Source of the DNA: Limnothrix sp. BL-A-16
GTDB taxonomy: Bacteria > Cyanobacteriota > Cyanobacteriia > CACIAM-69d
Direction: 5' to 3'
DNA length: 64,000 nt
NCBI GenBank assembly: GCA_041937175.2
Contig: CP166615.1
Span: 3,168,001 to 3,232,000, forward strand
Each line of letters opens with the position of its first letter. Position 1 is the first letter of the stretch. Positions 9,317-19,048 of this stretch are shown here, one piece after another. The notes below the pieces were generated by a model. It did not search any database and was not told the origin of the DNA. It worked only from the letters and a program-made list of their open reading frames with translations. The translations under genes and the position numbers were made by a program.

Positions 9317-12300
9317 ATGGACGAGCAACGACTTCAGGCTTATTTGCAATTGATTCAGCAGTTGTTGGCTTGTCCGGCGGGGGAAGAGGAAAGCGTTTTG
9401 CAAGCCCAGGTGGAGTTGGTGGATGCGGGGCTGGTGGAGGTGATGGGACAGGTAGCTGACCTAATGGTGGAAAAAGGAGACAACAACGCCGGCCGATTGC
9501 GACAGTTTTCTGAGCAGGTGGCGCAGGCGTTGGGGCTGGAGTCAGCGACGGCGAGTGGTGCGGAGGATATGGATCAGTTTGTGGGGGAGGTGATGGAGCA
9601 GATTCTCCAAACCCAAGGCAATCCAGCGCAGGTTTATGGGTTTTGGCAGGTCGATTTAAATCGATTTAACGAAGCATTTTTGGCAACGCTGCCTATCACT
9701 TTTCGCCGCTTGATCGGGCAAAATGACCCCAAACTAATTGCGGCTATCTTTGCTAGGTTTGGAAACTTGATTCAACAATTTCCAATCGGTTCGCATTGGT
9801 TGAATCTGGAATGTGCAATTACGGTCTACGAACAGGCGCTGATGATCTACACCTGCGAAGCGCTTCTCGAAGATTGGGCCATGACCCAAAACAACCTGGC
9901 AACTGCTTACAGCAATCGAATCCGAGGGGAGAAGGCGGACAACCTAGAACTAGCGATCACCGCCTACAAACGGGCGCTGGAAGTCCTCACCCGCGATGCT
10001 TGTCCTGAAAATTGGGCAGGGACTCAAAACAATCTGGCCAATGCTTACAGCAATCGAATTCGAGGGGAGCGGGCGGACAACCTAGAACTAGCAATCACCG
10101 CCTACAAACGGGCGCTGGAAGTCTACACCCGCGATACTTTTCCTGAAAATTGGGCCATGACTCAAAACAACCTGGGAGAAGCTTACCGCTCTCGAATCCG
10201 AGGGGAGAAGGCGGACAACCTAGAACTAGCGATCACCGCCTACAAACGGGCACTGGAAGTCAGAACTCGCGATGCTTTTCCCAAAGATTGGGCAGGGACT
10301 CAAAACAATCTAGCCAATGGTTACGGTGCTCGAATCCGAGGGGAACGGGCGGACAACTTAGAACTAGCGATCACCGCTTACAAACGAGCGCTGGAAGTCT
10401 ACACCCGCGATACTTTTCCTGAAAATTGGGCCATGACCCAAAACAACTTAGCAACTGCCTACAGCAATCGAATCTGCGGGGAACGGGCGGATAACCTAGA
10501 ACTAGCGATCACCGCTTACAAACGAGCGCTGGAAGTCCGTACCCGCGAGGCGTTTCCTGAAGCTTGGGCAGCGACCCAAAACAACCTGGCAAATGCTTAC
10601 AGCGATCGCATCAGAGGAGAACGGGCGCACAACCTAGAACAAGCGATCACCGCTTACGAACGGGCGCTGGAAGTCTACACCCGCAATGCTTTTCCCGAAA
10701 ATTGGGCCATGACCCAAAACAACCTGGGAGAAGCTTATCGCGATCGCATCCGAGGGGAGCGGGCAGACAACCTGGAGCGAGCAATCATCGCTTGCGAACG
10801 GGCGCTGGAAGTCTATGCCCGCGATACTTTTCCACAAAATTGGGCCATGACCCAAAACAACTTAGCAACTGCCTACAGCAATCGAATCTGCGGGGAGCGG
10901 GCGGACAACCTAGAACTAGCGATCACTGCCTACAAACGGGCGCTGGAAATCTACACCCGCAATGCTTTTCCACAAGATTGGGCAGGGACTCAAAATAACC
11001 TGGCAAATGCTTACGTCGCTCGTATCCAAGGGGAACGGGCAGATAACCTGGAGCAGTCGATCGCCGCCTACAAACGGGCGCTGGAAGTCTACACCCATGA
11101 TGCTTTTCCTGAACAATGGGCAATGACCCAAAACAACCTGGCAAATACTTACAGCCAGAGAATTCGAGGGGAACGGGCGGACAACCCGGAACGGGCGATC
11201 ACTGCTTACGAACAGGCGCTGGAAGTCCGCACCCGCGAGGCGTTTCCCGAAGATTGGGCAGCGACCCAAAACAACCTAGCAATTGCTTACCGCGATCGCA
11301 TCCGAGGGGAACGGGCGGATAACCTCGAACAAGCGATCGCTGCCTACGAACGGGCGCTGGAAGTCTTCACCCGCGAGGCCTTTCCGAATGACTGTCGCCG
11401 TACTTCTCGATCGCTCGGCGATCTTCAAAGCGAGTTGCAAAACTGGGATGCTGCGACCCAAGCCTATGGGCAAGCCCTCGCCGCTGCGGAAGATCTCTAC
11501 CAAGCCTGCACCCTGCTCGACAGCCAAGCCGGTGAGCTAAAAGCAACCGCCAACCTGCCCCGCCGCGCCGCCTATGCCTACGCCAAAGCCAGTCAACTCG
11601 CCACAGCCCTCGAAACGATCGAACGGGGCCGCGCCCGGGGCCTCAGCGAACGACTCCAACGCGATCGCGCTGACCTCGCACAACTCCAACAACAGCGCCC
11701 TGACCTGTTCGATCGCTACCGCGACATCACCAACCAACTGCAAAACCTGGAAAGCCAACAACGCGACCAGCAAGTCCGCGATCGCCAAGCCATCACCCCC
11801 GAACAACACCGCAACGAAGCCCAAAGACTCCGCCAGGAATTGACCGAGGCGATCGCCCAAATTCGCCAAGTCCCCGGCTATGAAACCTTCCTGCAAGCAC
11901 CCAGCCTCACCGAAATTCAACAAAACCTCAGCACCGAAGCACCCACCGTCTACCTGATCCCCACCCCCAACGGCAGCCTCGCCCTAATCGCCACGCCCCA
12001 GGCGATCGCCCCCCTGTGGCTCGATGATTTCCCCGAAGCCACCCTCACCGACTTGGTGCAAACCTGGCTCCAGGCTGACAGAGAGTCCAAAGTGGCTAAC
12101 TATGAGTACAGTAAAGACCCGGAATCACTAGCCAAGATGCAGACCCGAAATGAAAAGCGGGAGCAGTGGCACAACGCGATCGACCAGGGAACCCGCCAAC
12201 TGTGGGACAACCTAATGGCTCCCCTAATCGATCGGCTCAAACAACACAACCACACCCAAGCGATCCTGATTCCCACCGGCTTGCTCGGATTGTTGCCCCT

Positions 12301-13099
12301 CCATGCCGCCTGGACAGAAGACCCCAGCCGCCCCACCGGCCGCCGCTACGCCCTCGATGAGCTGACCTTCACCTACGCCCCCAACGCCCAATCCCTCGTG
12401 GCCGCCCGGGCGGTGGCGGATGCCTTGCGGAGCAATATCGCCCAACAATTCCCCGACAGCCACCTCGATTCGATCCTGGCGATCGACAATCCCCGCCAAG
12501 ACCTGCCCAGCTCCGAACGGGAAGTCACGGCCGCCGTCAAAACCTTCCCCCACCCCACCGTCCTGCGCCACGAAAAAGCCACCACCGCAACCGTTGCCGA
12601 CAACCTGGGTCAACAGGCGATCGTCCATTTCTCCTGCCACGGAACCGCCAACTTCAACGAACCCCTCAACAGCGGCCTGCTAATGAGCGATGACCTGTTG
12701 ACCCTGCGCGAGCTATTTAACCTCAAGCTCACCGAAGGCAACAAACGCGGCATCCGGCTCGCCGTCCTCTCCGCCTGCGAAACGGGACTCCCCGGCCTGG
12801 ACTTAGCCGACGAGGCGATCGGCTTGCCCGTCGGACTGTTGCAAGCAGGCGTGGCCGGGGCGATCGCCTCGCTCTGGGCCGTGAGCGACCTCAGCACCAT
12901 GATTCTGCTCACCAAGTTCTACGACCTCTGGCGCAACGATCGCCTCACCCCACCCGCAGCCCTCCGCCAAGCCCAACAATGGCTCCGCAACGCGACCCTT
13001 TCCGAAATTCGCCAGCTCACCGGCATCAGTTTCCGAGGCGCTGAACACCCATTTGCCCACCCCTACTACTGGGCAGGCTTCAGCTACACCGGCATATAA
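9317..13099 (+). CDS. TPR-CHAT caspase-like (C14/C50 clan CD) protease
   Basis: Eleven 46-aa TPR-like repeats followed by a CHAT domain with intact dyad (HFSCHG, VLSACETG) and HPYYWAGF end. Confidence 0.93.
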   Translation: MDEQRLQAYLQLIQQLLACPAGEEESVLQAQVELVDAGLVEVMGQVADLMVEKGDNNAGRLRQFSEQVAQALGLESATASGAEDMDQFVGEVMEQILQTQGNPAQVYGFWQVDLNRFNEAFLATLPITFRRLIGQNDPKLIAAIFARFGNLIQQFPIGSHWLNLECAITVYEQALMIYTCEALLEDWAMTQNNLATAYSNRIRGEKADNLELAITAYKRALEVLTRDACPENWAGTQNNLANAYSNRIRGERADNLELAITAYKRALEVYTRDTFPENWAMTQNNLGEAYRSRIRGEKADNLELAITAYKRALEVRTRDAFPKDWAGTQNNLANGYGARIRGERADNLELAITAYKRALEVYTRDTFPENWAMTQNNLATAYSNRICGERADNLELAITAYKRALEVRTREAFPEAWAATQNNLANAYSDRIRGERAHNLEQAITAYERALEVYTRNAFPENWAMTQNNLGEAYRDRIRGERADNLERAIIACERALEVYARDTFPQNWAMTQNNLATAYSNRICGERADNLELAITAYKRALEIYTRNAFPQDWAGTQNNLANAYVARIQGERADNLEQSIAAYKRALEVYTHDAFPEQWAMTQNNLANTYSQRIRGERADNPERAITAYEQALEVRTREAFPEDWAATQNNLAIAYRDRIRGERADNLEQAIAAYERALEVFTREAFPNDCRRTSRSLGDLQSELQNWDAATQAYGQALAAAEDLYQACTLLDSQAGELKATANLPRRAAYAYAKASQLATALETIERGRARGLSERLQRDRADLAQLQQQRPDLFDRYRDITNQLQNLESQQRDQQVRDRQAITPEQHRNEAQRLRQELTEAIAQIRQVPGYETFLQAPSLTEIQQNLSTEAPTVYLIPTPNGSLALIATPQAIAPLWLDDFPEATLTDLVQTWLQADRESKVANYEYSKDPESLAKMQTRNEKREQWHNAIDQGTRQLWDNLMAPLIDRLKQHNHTQAILIPTGLLGLLPLHAAWTEDPSRPTGRRYALDELTFTYAPNAQSLVAARAVADALRSNIAQQFPDSHLDSILAIDNPRQDLPSSEREVTAAVKTFPHPTVLRHEKATTATVADNLGQQAIVHFSCHGTANFNEPLNSGLLMSDDLLTLRELFNLKLTEGNKRGIRLAVLSACETGLPGLDLADEAIGLPVGLLQAGVAGAIASLWAVSDLSTMILLTKFYDLWRNDRLTPPAALRQAQQWLRNATLSEIRQLTGISFRGAEHPFAHPYYWAGFSYTGI
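9875..11392 (+). repeat. 11 x 138-bp high-identity intragenic tandem repeats (46-aa TPR-like units)
   Basis: WA(M/G/A)TQNNL...RIRGERADNLELAITAYKRALEV units at 138-bp spacing (9875, 10013, ...). Confidence 0.9.
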
Positions 13100-13126
13100 T
13101 CAAATCAACCAACTTGCCATCTCAGA

Positions 13127-13396
13127 ATGCCAGTTCTGTCAATGTTTTATGGGCTAATTGTTTCCATGTACTTCATGGATAACAAAGAGCACAAACGCCC
13201 ACACATCCATATTTCCTATCAAGGCAAAGAAGCGGTTTTCAGTATTCCAGAGGGCGAAGTTCTATCGGGCAGCTTACCTCGAAAACAAACTCGACTAGCA
13301 CAAGCATGGATTGAAATTCATGCAGATGAACTGGTCGCAAACTGGGAGCTGGCGATCGCTGGTCAACCACTTTACAAAATTGAACCACTGAAATAA
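13127..13396 (+). CDS. DUF4160 protein
   Basis: MPVLSMFYGLIVSMYFMDNKEHKRPHIH..WIEIHADELVANW..IEPLK. Confidence 0.88.
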   Translation: MPVLSMFYGLIVSMYFMDNKEHKRPHIHISYQGKEAVFSIPEGEVLSGSLPRKQTRLAQAWIEIHADELVANWELAIAGQPLYKIEPLK

Positions 13397-13662
13397 TGAT
13401 GAATCCTAGGGTTGTCCATGTACTTGCGCGTGATCACTACAAACTTGAAATCCAGTTCACCAATCAAGAAGTGCGAATTTATGACTGCTCAACACTTTTA
13501 GATTTTGGCGTATTTCAAGAACTCAGAGACGAAACTTACTTCCGGAAAGTCAAGGTATTTAACGGCACAGTTACTTGGCCAAATGAGCAAGATATTTGCC
13601 CAGATACGCTCTATCTAGACTCTATCCCTTTACCGATTGCAGCCCAACCGTTGTCAGCATGA
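13396..13662 (+). CDS. DUF2442 protein (partner of DUF4160)
   Basis: YKLEIQFTN..GVFQELRD..TVTWPNEQDICPDTLY; TAATG coupling. Confidence 0.88.
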   Translation: MMNPRVVHVLARDHYKLEIQFTNQEVRIYDCSTLLDFGVFQELRDETYFRKVKVFNGTVTWPNEQDICPDTLYLDSIPLPIAAQPLSA

Positions 13663-14093
13663 ACACCACCTACGATCGCGATTTCTATGCTTGGACACAG
13701 GAGCAAATTGTGCTGCTGCAAAACCGAGATTTCGGGGCGATCGACCTCCCCAACTTAATCGAAGAACTCGCCGCCATGGGTCGCCAAGAACGTGAACAAC
13801 TTGTTAACCGTTTAGGTGTATTGATTGGTCATCTATTGAAATGGCGCTATCAGCCTGATATGCGAACCAACTCCTGGATCGGTACAATTCGCGAACAGCG
13901 GCGACGGATTCAGCGCTTACTCAAAAATAATCCAAGCTTGCAGCCATTTCTAGATGAAGCCTTCCGCGAAGCATATCTTGATGGGCGAGATCTGGCTATT
14001 CAAGATACTAACCTAGAGGATTCAGTCTTTCCAAAGGCTTCACCATTTACGCTGGAATTTGTCCTTTCGGACAATTTAGAGGAATCAATCTAA
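13659..14093 (+). CDS. DUF29 family protein
   Basis: YDRDFYAWTQEQ..NLIEELAAMG..HLLKW..NPSL; ATGA coupling at 13659. Confidence 0.9.
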   Translation: MNTTYDRDFYAWTQEQIVLLQNRDFGAIDLPNLIEELAAMGRQEREQLVNRLGVLIGHLLKWRYQPDMRTNSWIGTIREQRRRIQRLLKNNPSLQPFLDEAFREAYLDGRDLAIQDTNLEDSVFPKASPFTLEFVLSDNLEESI

Positions 14094-14137
14094 TTATCGA
14101 AATCACCTTTAAAGGCTCCCTCTTTCCAAACTACTCC

Positions 14138-14593
14138 ATGCTCTACACCGACGAAGATCTACTTGAAGCTGCTCGCACCATTCGCAGCGAATTGCCAGAT
14201 TTGTTGGATTCCGAAACCGCACAAAGCCTAGACGATCGCCTTGCTGAACTACTAAATCAAGTCCCCTTAGATTTGCGCGATCTACATTACGAAACCATCA
14301 GCGAGATCGCCACTCAAGTCGAAGAGTCTTTAAAAACACACGAGTCCACAAAGACTTGGCTAAAATCTTTTCTGATTGATTCATCCAATCACCAATGCCA
14401 AAGTTTTGAACCTCTTCCCGGTAATGCCAGTTACGTGGCAACCGATAAATATATTTGTCCCCACGGCGACTATCGCTGGTCTCGGCGCAGCATTGGCCAA
14501 CCGATTCCCCGCTGTCCAACCCATGATGTGCTCCTAATCCCGATCGCCGAATTTCAGCAGTTACGGTCTAGCTCATCGCAGGAGAACCCATGA
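14138..14593 (+). CDS. Hypothetical protein with helical N-terminus and C-terminal zinc-ribbon-like motif
   Basis: YICPHGDYRWSRRSIGQPIPRCPTH (CPxG...CPxH). Confidence 0.75.
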   Translation: MLYTDEDLLEAARTIRSELPDLLDSETAQSLDDRLAELLNQVPLDLRDLHYETISEIATQVEESLKTHESTKTWLKSFLIDSSNHQCQSFEPLPGNASYVATDKYICPHGDYRWSRRSIGQPIPRCPTHDVLLIPIAEFQQLRSSSSQENP

Positions 14594-15519
14594 CTGCCAA
14601 GGTGCTCGAAGGTGCAGGCGGCAAGGTTGCAGAACAGTGGATTTCGAGTCTGCTGACTTCTGCCATTGTCTTTTGGGCTGGGGGCTTGGTGGCGGTTATT
14701 CAGCGATTTGGCTGGCAACCCTTCACGGACTGGTTCACCAAACAGCCGGAGCCATTACAGTTGGCTTTGTTGGTCGCTGTATTGGGTGGAGCGATCGCCT
14801 CAGCCGCCGTTGTTGAGCGATTTCAACTAATGGCTTTACGCGGTCTAGAGGGCTATTGGCATCCTATCTTTAATGGCTTGAAAGCTCGATTAATTCGTCA
14901 GCAGATCAAGAATAAAGGAAAGCTTGAAGCACAGTTTCAAGACTTAGATAACCGCCCAAGACGCACCAGTCGCGATCGCCAATTACGCATCAAGCTCGAT
15001 CGCCAACTCAGTGATTTTCCCACCCAAGATATTGATATTATGCCCACGCCATTGGGAAATATCTTGCGGGCAGCGGAGTTACGATCGCTCGATAAATATG
15101 GGCTGGATGCGGTGATTTGTTGGCCGCGATTGTGGTTGTTATTACCCGAGTCTGCCAAAGCAGATTTACAGGCAGCGCGGGCCGAGCTGAACGCGATGGC
15201 TCGGCTGTGGATCTGGAGTTGGCTATTTTTGGTTTGGGTATTCTGGGCTTGGTGGGCAGCCCCGATCGCCATTATTTCGGCGTGCTTTGCCTATCACTGG
15301 GCGATCGCGGCGGCCAAAACCTATGGCGACTTGATCGAAGCCAGTTTTGATCTTTATCGTGGCTTGCTCTACGAGGCTTTGCGATTACCCTTTCCGAAGC
15401 AAGCAGACCAAGAACCAGCCGCCGGACGGATGTTAACTCAATATCTTTGGCGCGGTACTTTGCCAGAGTCCTACAAATTCATTGCAACTTCAGAAGTTTC
15501 TCCAGTCACTGATCAGTAG
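14590..15519 (+). CDS. Hypothetical membrane protein (about 3-4 TM) coupled to the zinc-ribbon ORF
   Basis: Two N-terminal TMs, soluble core MPTPLGNILRAAE..YGLDAVICWPRLW, Trp-rich C-terminal TM hairpin; ATGA overlap. Confidence 0.8.
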   Translation: MTAKVLEGAGGKVAEQWISSLLTSAIVFWAGGLVAVIQRFGWQPFTDWFTKQPEPLQLALLVAVLGGAIASAAVVERFQLMALRGLEGYWHPIFNGLKARLIRQQIKNKGKLEAQFQDLDNRPRRTSRDRQLRIKLDRQLSDFPTQDIDIMPTPLGNILRAAELRSLDKYGLDAVICWPRLWLLLPESAKADLQAARAELNAMARLWIWSWLFLVWVFWAWWAAPIAIISACFAYHWAIAAAKTYGDLIEASFDLYRGLLYEALRLPFPKQADQEPAAGRMLTQYLWRGTLPESYKFIATSEVSPVTDQ

Positions 15520-15707
15520 AAATCCATGCATGAACATTAATCCCATGGCTTTCCCACCTCAGGCGATCGAGCATGGTTGTCTCCCTGAATCTCGATCGCA
15601 ACAAACATAGGCGACAGACTGAGGCGCGATCGCAGACCCGTAATGATTGACGGCGAGGGGGATAATGACCATTCAATCCCCCGATTCCCCTGGGTGACGG
15701 GGCAAGG

Positions 15708-16388
15708 CTAGGAAGCTTTGGGAAACTCGTATCGCTTCAATTCCGTGGTGGTTTGCAGCGCATTGCTGGCATCCCAAATTTGCCACTTCACCGGCCCGAC
15801 CCGATCGGCGTACCACATCACCTTGCGGAAGGCCGTTCCTGCTTTTTCGCCCGTAATTTCCACCCGAATCGTATTAAATTTGCCCGCCGGAACCGTGACT
15901 TCTTCCGTTGCCGCTGCCTTGTAGGATTCGGAGGCATTCGTGGTGGCTGCGCCCACCTGTTGACCAGTCCAAGACCATTGATCGCCCACTTTAGGTGGAT
16001 TTTTTAAAATGGGCTTAATCGGCTCATTCACCGTTTCGTTGGTGATGCCGTTGCGAGCCAACACAAACTTGATTTCCTTGACCCAACCTTCTCCCTTGAG
16101 ATAGAGCAAATTAGACGGCCCAAACCCCAAGTCTTGCTCCGTGGTATAGCGCATTTGCGAGCCGTCGCGATCGGCCCCAATCACCTTGATTAGCAAGTTG
16201 CCCGTTGTGCCCTGTGCCGCATTGGTCGTGGCATATTCCCAACGACCATTCAAGGGAAAGGGGTAATAGTCGGGTGGGGGCGGCGCGGCCCACAGGCCCG
16301 TTGCCGTTAACAGTGCGATCGCCAGGCCCACCATAAACCCAACGGCCCAGCGGACTCCCACAACCTCCCTCAGCCGCTGCCAATTCAT
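15708..16388 (-). CDS. Exported hypothetical protein (beta-rich, DUF3108/TapB-like)
   Basis: Signal peptide/TM followed by YYPF...W and the EEVTVPAGKF..WYADRVGPVK motif; ATG at 16388. Confidence 0.65.
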   Translation of the reverse strand: MNWQRLREVVGVRWAVGFMVGLAIALLTATGLWAAPPPPDYYPFPLNGRWEYATTNAAQGTTGNLLIKVIGADRDGSQMRYTTEQDLGFGPSNLLYLKGEGWVKEIKFVLARNGITNETVNEPIKPILKNPPKVGDQWSWTGQQVGAATTNASESYKAAATEEVTVPAGKFNTIRVEITGEKAGTAFRKVMWYADRVGPVKWQIWDASNALQTTTELKRYEFPKAS

Positions 16389-16780
16389 GGAACTAGCTTG
16401 GTGCTGGTTTTGATGTGGCCGATGTTGCGCAATCTTAAGCCAAAAAAACATCTTTTCAGATCCAGAACAACTGCTCCCATCAAGATAGGCATTACTTGCC
16501 TGATTGCACAGGAAATATGTTGATCTGTTAAGTGCCAATCCAATCAATAAAAATGAGAAGACTTTTTTTGTAATCTCTGATGATTTTAGTTTTGAAATTT
16601 TAAGTTTTTGATTTTAAAGGTTTAAGTATCGATGAGGCTTTGATTTCTGAATTTTGGGTTGGATGTTGTTGAGTCTCAAGAATTTTCAGAATTGGATCAA
16701 CTGGACTGAATTGGAGTGCGTTGGGCAGGTCAGCGGCCTTAAGATTGACGCAATAACCCGCCCAGAAAACCAACATGAAA

Positions 16781-16813
16781 CGGGTGAGTTGATCGCCCGG
16801 ATCAACTCACCCG
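16781..16813 (-). terminator. 14-bp perfect hairpin downstream of glmM
   Basis: CGGGTGAGTTGATC-GCCCG-GATCAACTCACCCG, followed by TTTC on the minus strand. Confidence 0.6.
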
Positions 16814-16829
16814 ATCGGGCGCTGGGAGC

Positions 16830-18326
16830 CTAGCTCAGATGCGATCGCACCACGGCCGCCAGGCGATCGGCCCAGTGGCGCACCAAATCTGCTTCGGCCG
16901 CTTCCACCATCACCCGAATCACCGGCTCCGTTCCCGAAGCCCGCACCAAAATCCGGCCCGCATCGCCCATTTGGGTTTCCGCCTGGGCGATCGCCTCGGC
17001 CACCGGGGCGCAATCTTGCCAGCCCAACCGGCGCGCGCGATCCTCAACCCGCACGTTTTCCAGCAGTTGCGGGTATTTCTGGAAGCTGTCATCCACCCAG
17101 GCCGCGAGCGATCGCCCGGACTGCTTCACCAGGGCCGCCAGGTGCAGCGCCACCAACGTGCCATCGCCACTAACCGCGTAGTGGCGGCAAAGGATGTGAC
17201 CCGACTGCTCACCGCCGAGCATGTAGCCCCGATCAAGCATCGCCTTTTGCACGTATTGATCGCCCACGGCCGTGCGAATCAGGTTGCCACCTTGTTTTTG
17301 CCAAGCCCGCTCAAAGCCCAGGTTCGCCATCACCGTCGAAACGATCGTCGCTTCCGGCAGCTTGTCGCTCGATCGCAGGGTTTGCCCCCAGAAATAAAGG
17401 ATGTAGTCACCATCGACCACGCGCCCCTTGCCATCCACCGCCAACACCCGATCGGCATCCCCATCAAAGGCAAACCCGAGATCCGCTTGATGTTCAACAA
17501 CAGCCGCCTTCAGGGACTCTAAGTGAGTGGAACCGCAGTTCACATTAATTCGATCGCCGTCCGGTTCCCCGTGCAACACGATCACCGCTGCGCCCAACTC
17601 CTCAAACACCGCTGGGGCCACCTTGGCGCTCGCGCCCCAAGCCGTATCCAACACCACCTTCAAACCCGCCAACGGGCGATCGCCCCAGCCCTCTTGCTCC
17701 AGGGTTTGCTCCAAGGACACCGCATAGCCGCGCACCAACTCGGGCCGGAAATAGCCCCGGCCGCAACCGGTCACGGGTTCCAAGCCGGGTAGAACATGGT
17801 GGCGCAAGGCCGATTCAATTTGTTGTTGGGCTTCTTTGGCCAGCTTGTGCCCATCGGGGCCGAAGAACTTCAAGCCGTTGTCGCCGGGCGGGTTGTGGCT
17901 GGCGGAAATCATCGCGCCCCCGATCGCCCCGGTCGCTTCGACTAAATAGGCCACACAGGGAGTCGGGCACAAGCCCACATTCCACACCTCCAGCCCGGCC
18001 GCCGTCAGCCCCGCCGTCAGGGCCGCCGCCAACATTTCGCTGGAGTTGCGGGAATCTTGGCCCACGACGATCGCCCCGTTGCCCGATCGGGCCGCAAACA
18101 CGCGCCCGGCCCAGTAGCCCACATGCAGCGCCAAGCTGGCGGTCAACACCTCGCCCACGCGCCCGCGAATCCCGTCGGTTCCAAACAGGGGCACGCTTTC
18201 GGGAATTTCCAGGGGCGACAACCCATGCAGATTCAGGTTCAAGCTTGGTTGCTCCAAATCCTGGGGTTTTTGGTTCAACCCAAGTTCGCCCGATTCGCGA
18301 CCCAACCGAACAGGAGACGTAACCAT
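16830..18326 (-). CDS. glmM: Phosphoglucosamine mutase
   Basis: [37 protein letters not shown]; probable ATG at 18326. Confidence 0.95.
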   Translation of the reverse strand: MVTSPVRLGRESGELGLNQKPQDLEQPSLNLNLHGLSPLEIPESVPLFGTDGIRGRVGEVLTASLALHVGYWAGRVFAARSGNGAIVVGQDSRNSSEMLAAALTAGLTAAGLEVWNVGLCPTPCVAYLVEATGAIGGAMISASHNPPGDNGLKFFGPDGHKLAKEAQQQIESALRHHVLPGLEPVTGCGRGYFRPELVRGYAVSLEQTLEQEGWGDRPLAGLKVVLDTAWGASAKVAPAVFEELGAAVIVLHGEPDGDRINVNCGSTHLESLKAAVVEHQADLGFAFDGDADRVLAVDGKGRVVDGDYILYFWGQTLRSSDKLPEATIVSTVMANLGFERAWQKQGGNLIRTAVGDQYVQKAMLDRGYMLGGEQSGHILCRHYAVSGDGTLVALHLAALVKQSGRSLAAWVDDSFQKYPQLLENVRVEDRARRLGWQDCAPVAEAIAQAETQMGDAGRILVRASGTEPVIRVMVEAAEADLVRHWADRLAAVVRSHLS

Positions 18327-18519
18327 AATTGCGCTCACTCCACACCAAGGGTTTGTGTTGCTTTCCACACCAAATCGATCTTGCATCCGCACGATCGACA
18401 TAGTTCGCAACTCGCCTGAAGGATAGCACGGGCCGATCGAGGGGGTCGATCGCCCCGGATACCATGGCGGGGTCTGGGGGAGTGAGTAAACTTAAAGCAG
18501 ATGTGAGGAGCGATCGCCC

Positions 18520-19017
18520 ATGTTTGACCAAAACGAGTTAGCCAATCTTGAGAAAAATATCAAGCGCCTTAAGCAGCAGTTAGCGGGCAAACGCGACACC
18601 CTGGTCACGATCGCTTCAGACGAAAAAGTACGGATTCGGCAGCAAATTGAAGATCTACGCTCCGAGATCAACGGCTTGGAGCGGGAATATTGGGAACTGC
18701 TGCATCAGCGATCGATCAGCTTTGAGCCGTCGGAGGATGAAGCTGAACCGATCGTGGCGGAATGGGTTGAGAAAGCCAATCAGTTAGAGACGAATCCGCC
18801 CGCCAACGTGCCTGCTGAGATTTTGCAGCAGGTGCAGGCGGTGGCCAAACGGTTGGATCAGCCGGGTCAATCGGCTGCGATCAAGGTGAAGGGGATGATT
18901 TCGGCGTTGCCACCATTTTTCTCGGTGGGCATTGAGACCGAATTGGATGTGGCGGGATTTGTAAAAGGCAATTTCCCCACTTTTTGGAACTGGGCGGCGG
19001 CACTCGCAAAAAAGTAG
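18520..19017 (+). CDS. Helical hypothetical protein; probable N-terminal (effector) module of a frameshift-fused NLR-like protein
   Basis: GAGGAG SD at 18505-18510, ATG at 18520; coiled-coil N-half; ends ...ALAKK* on A_AAA_AAG_TAG. Confidence 0.8.
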   Translation: MFDQNELANLEKNIKRLKQQLAGKRDTLVTIASDEKVRIRQQIEDLRSEINGLEREYWELLHQRSISFEPSEDEAEPIVAEWVEKANQLETNPPANVPAEILQQVQAVAKRLDQPGQSAAIKVKGMISALPPFFSVGIETELDVAGFVKGNFPTFWNWAAALAKK

Positions 19018-19048
19018 ATGGCCCGGTTCCAACGCCGGGCCAAGAACC
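19008..19048 (+). promoter_or_regulatory. Putative -1 programmed ribosomal frameshift cassette
   Basis: A_AAA_AAG (19008-19014) in the upstream ORF frame, stop TAG, then stem (T)GGCCCGG-8nt-CCGGGCC(A) at 19019-19042; GGTTC/GAACC could form a second stem. Confidence 0.75.

Noticed and set aside
9875..11392. Regular repeats as a possible CRISPR array or DGR template/variable pair
   Set aside because: The repeats are in-frame coding units without unique spacers; there is no reverse transcriptase or cas gene and differences are not adenine-specific.
18501..18511. ATGTGAGGAGC resembling a Yfr1 sRNA target motif
   Set aside because: Only a partial match, and explained by the Shine-Dalgarno sequence.
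18984..19013. TTG at 18984 as an independent start of the NB-ARC-TPR gene
   Set aside because: It lies inside ORF1 with no clear SD and would give a STAND protein without an N-terminal domain; the frameshift model explains the junction better, though independent initiation is not excluded.
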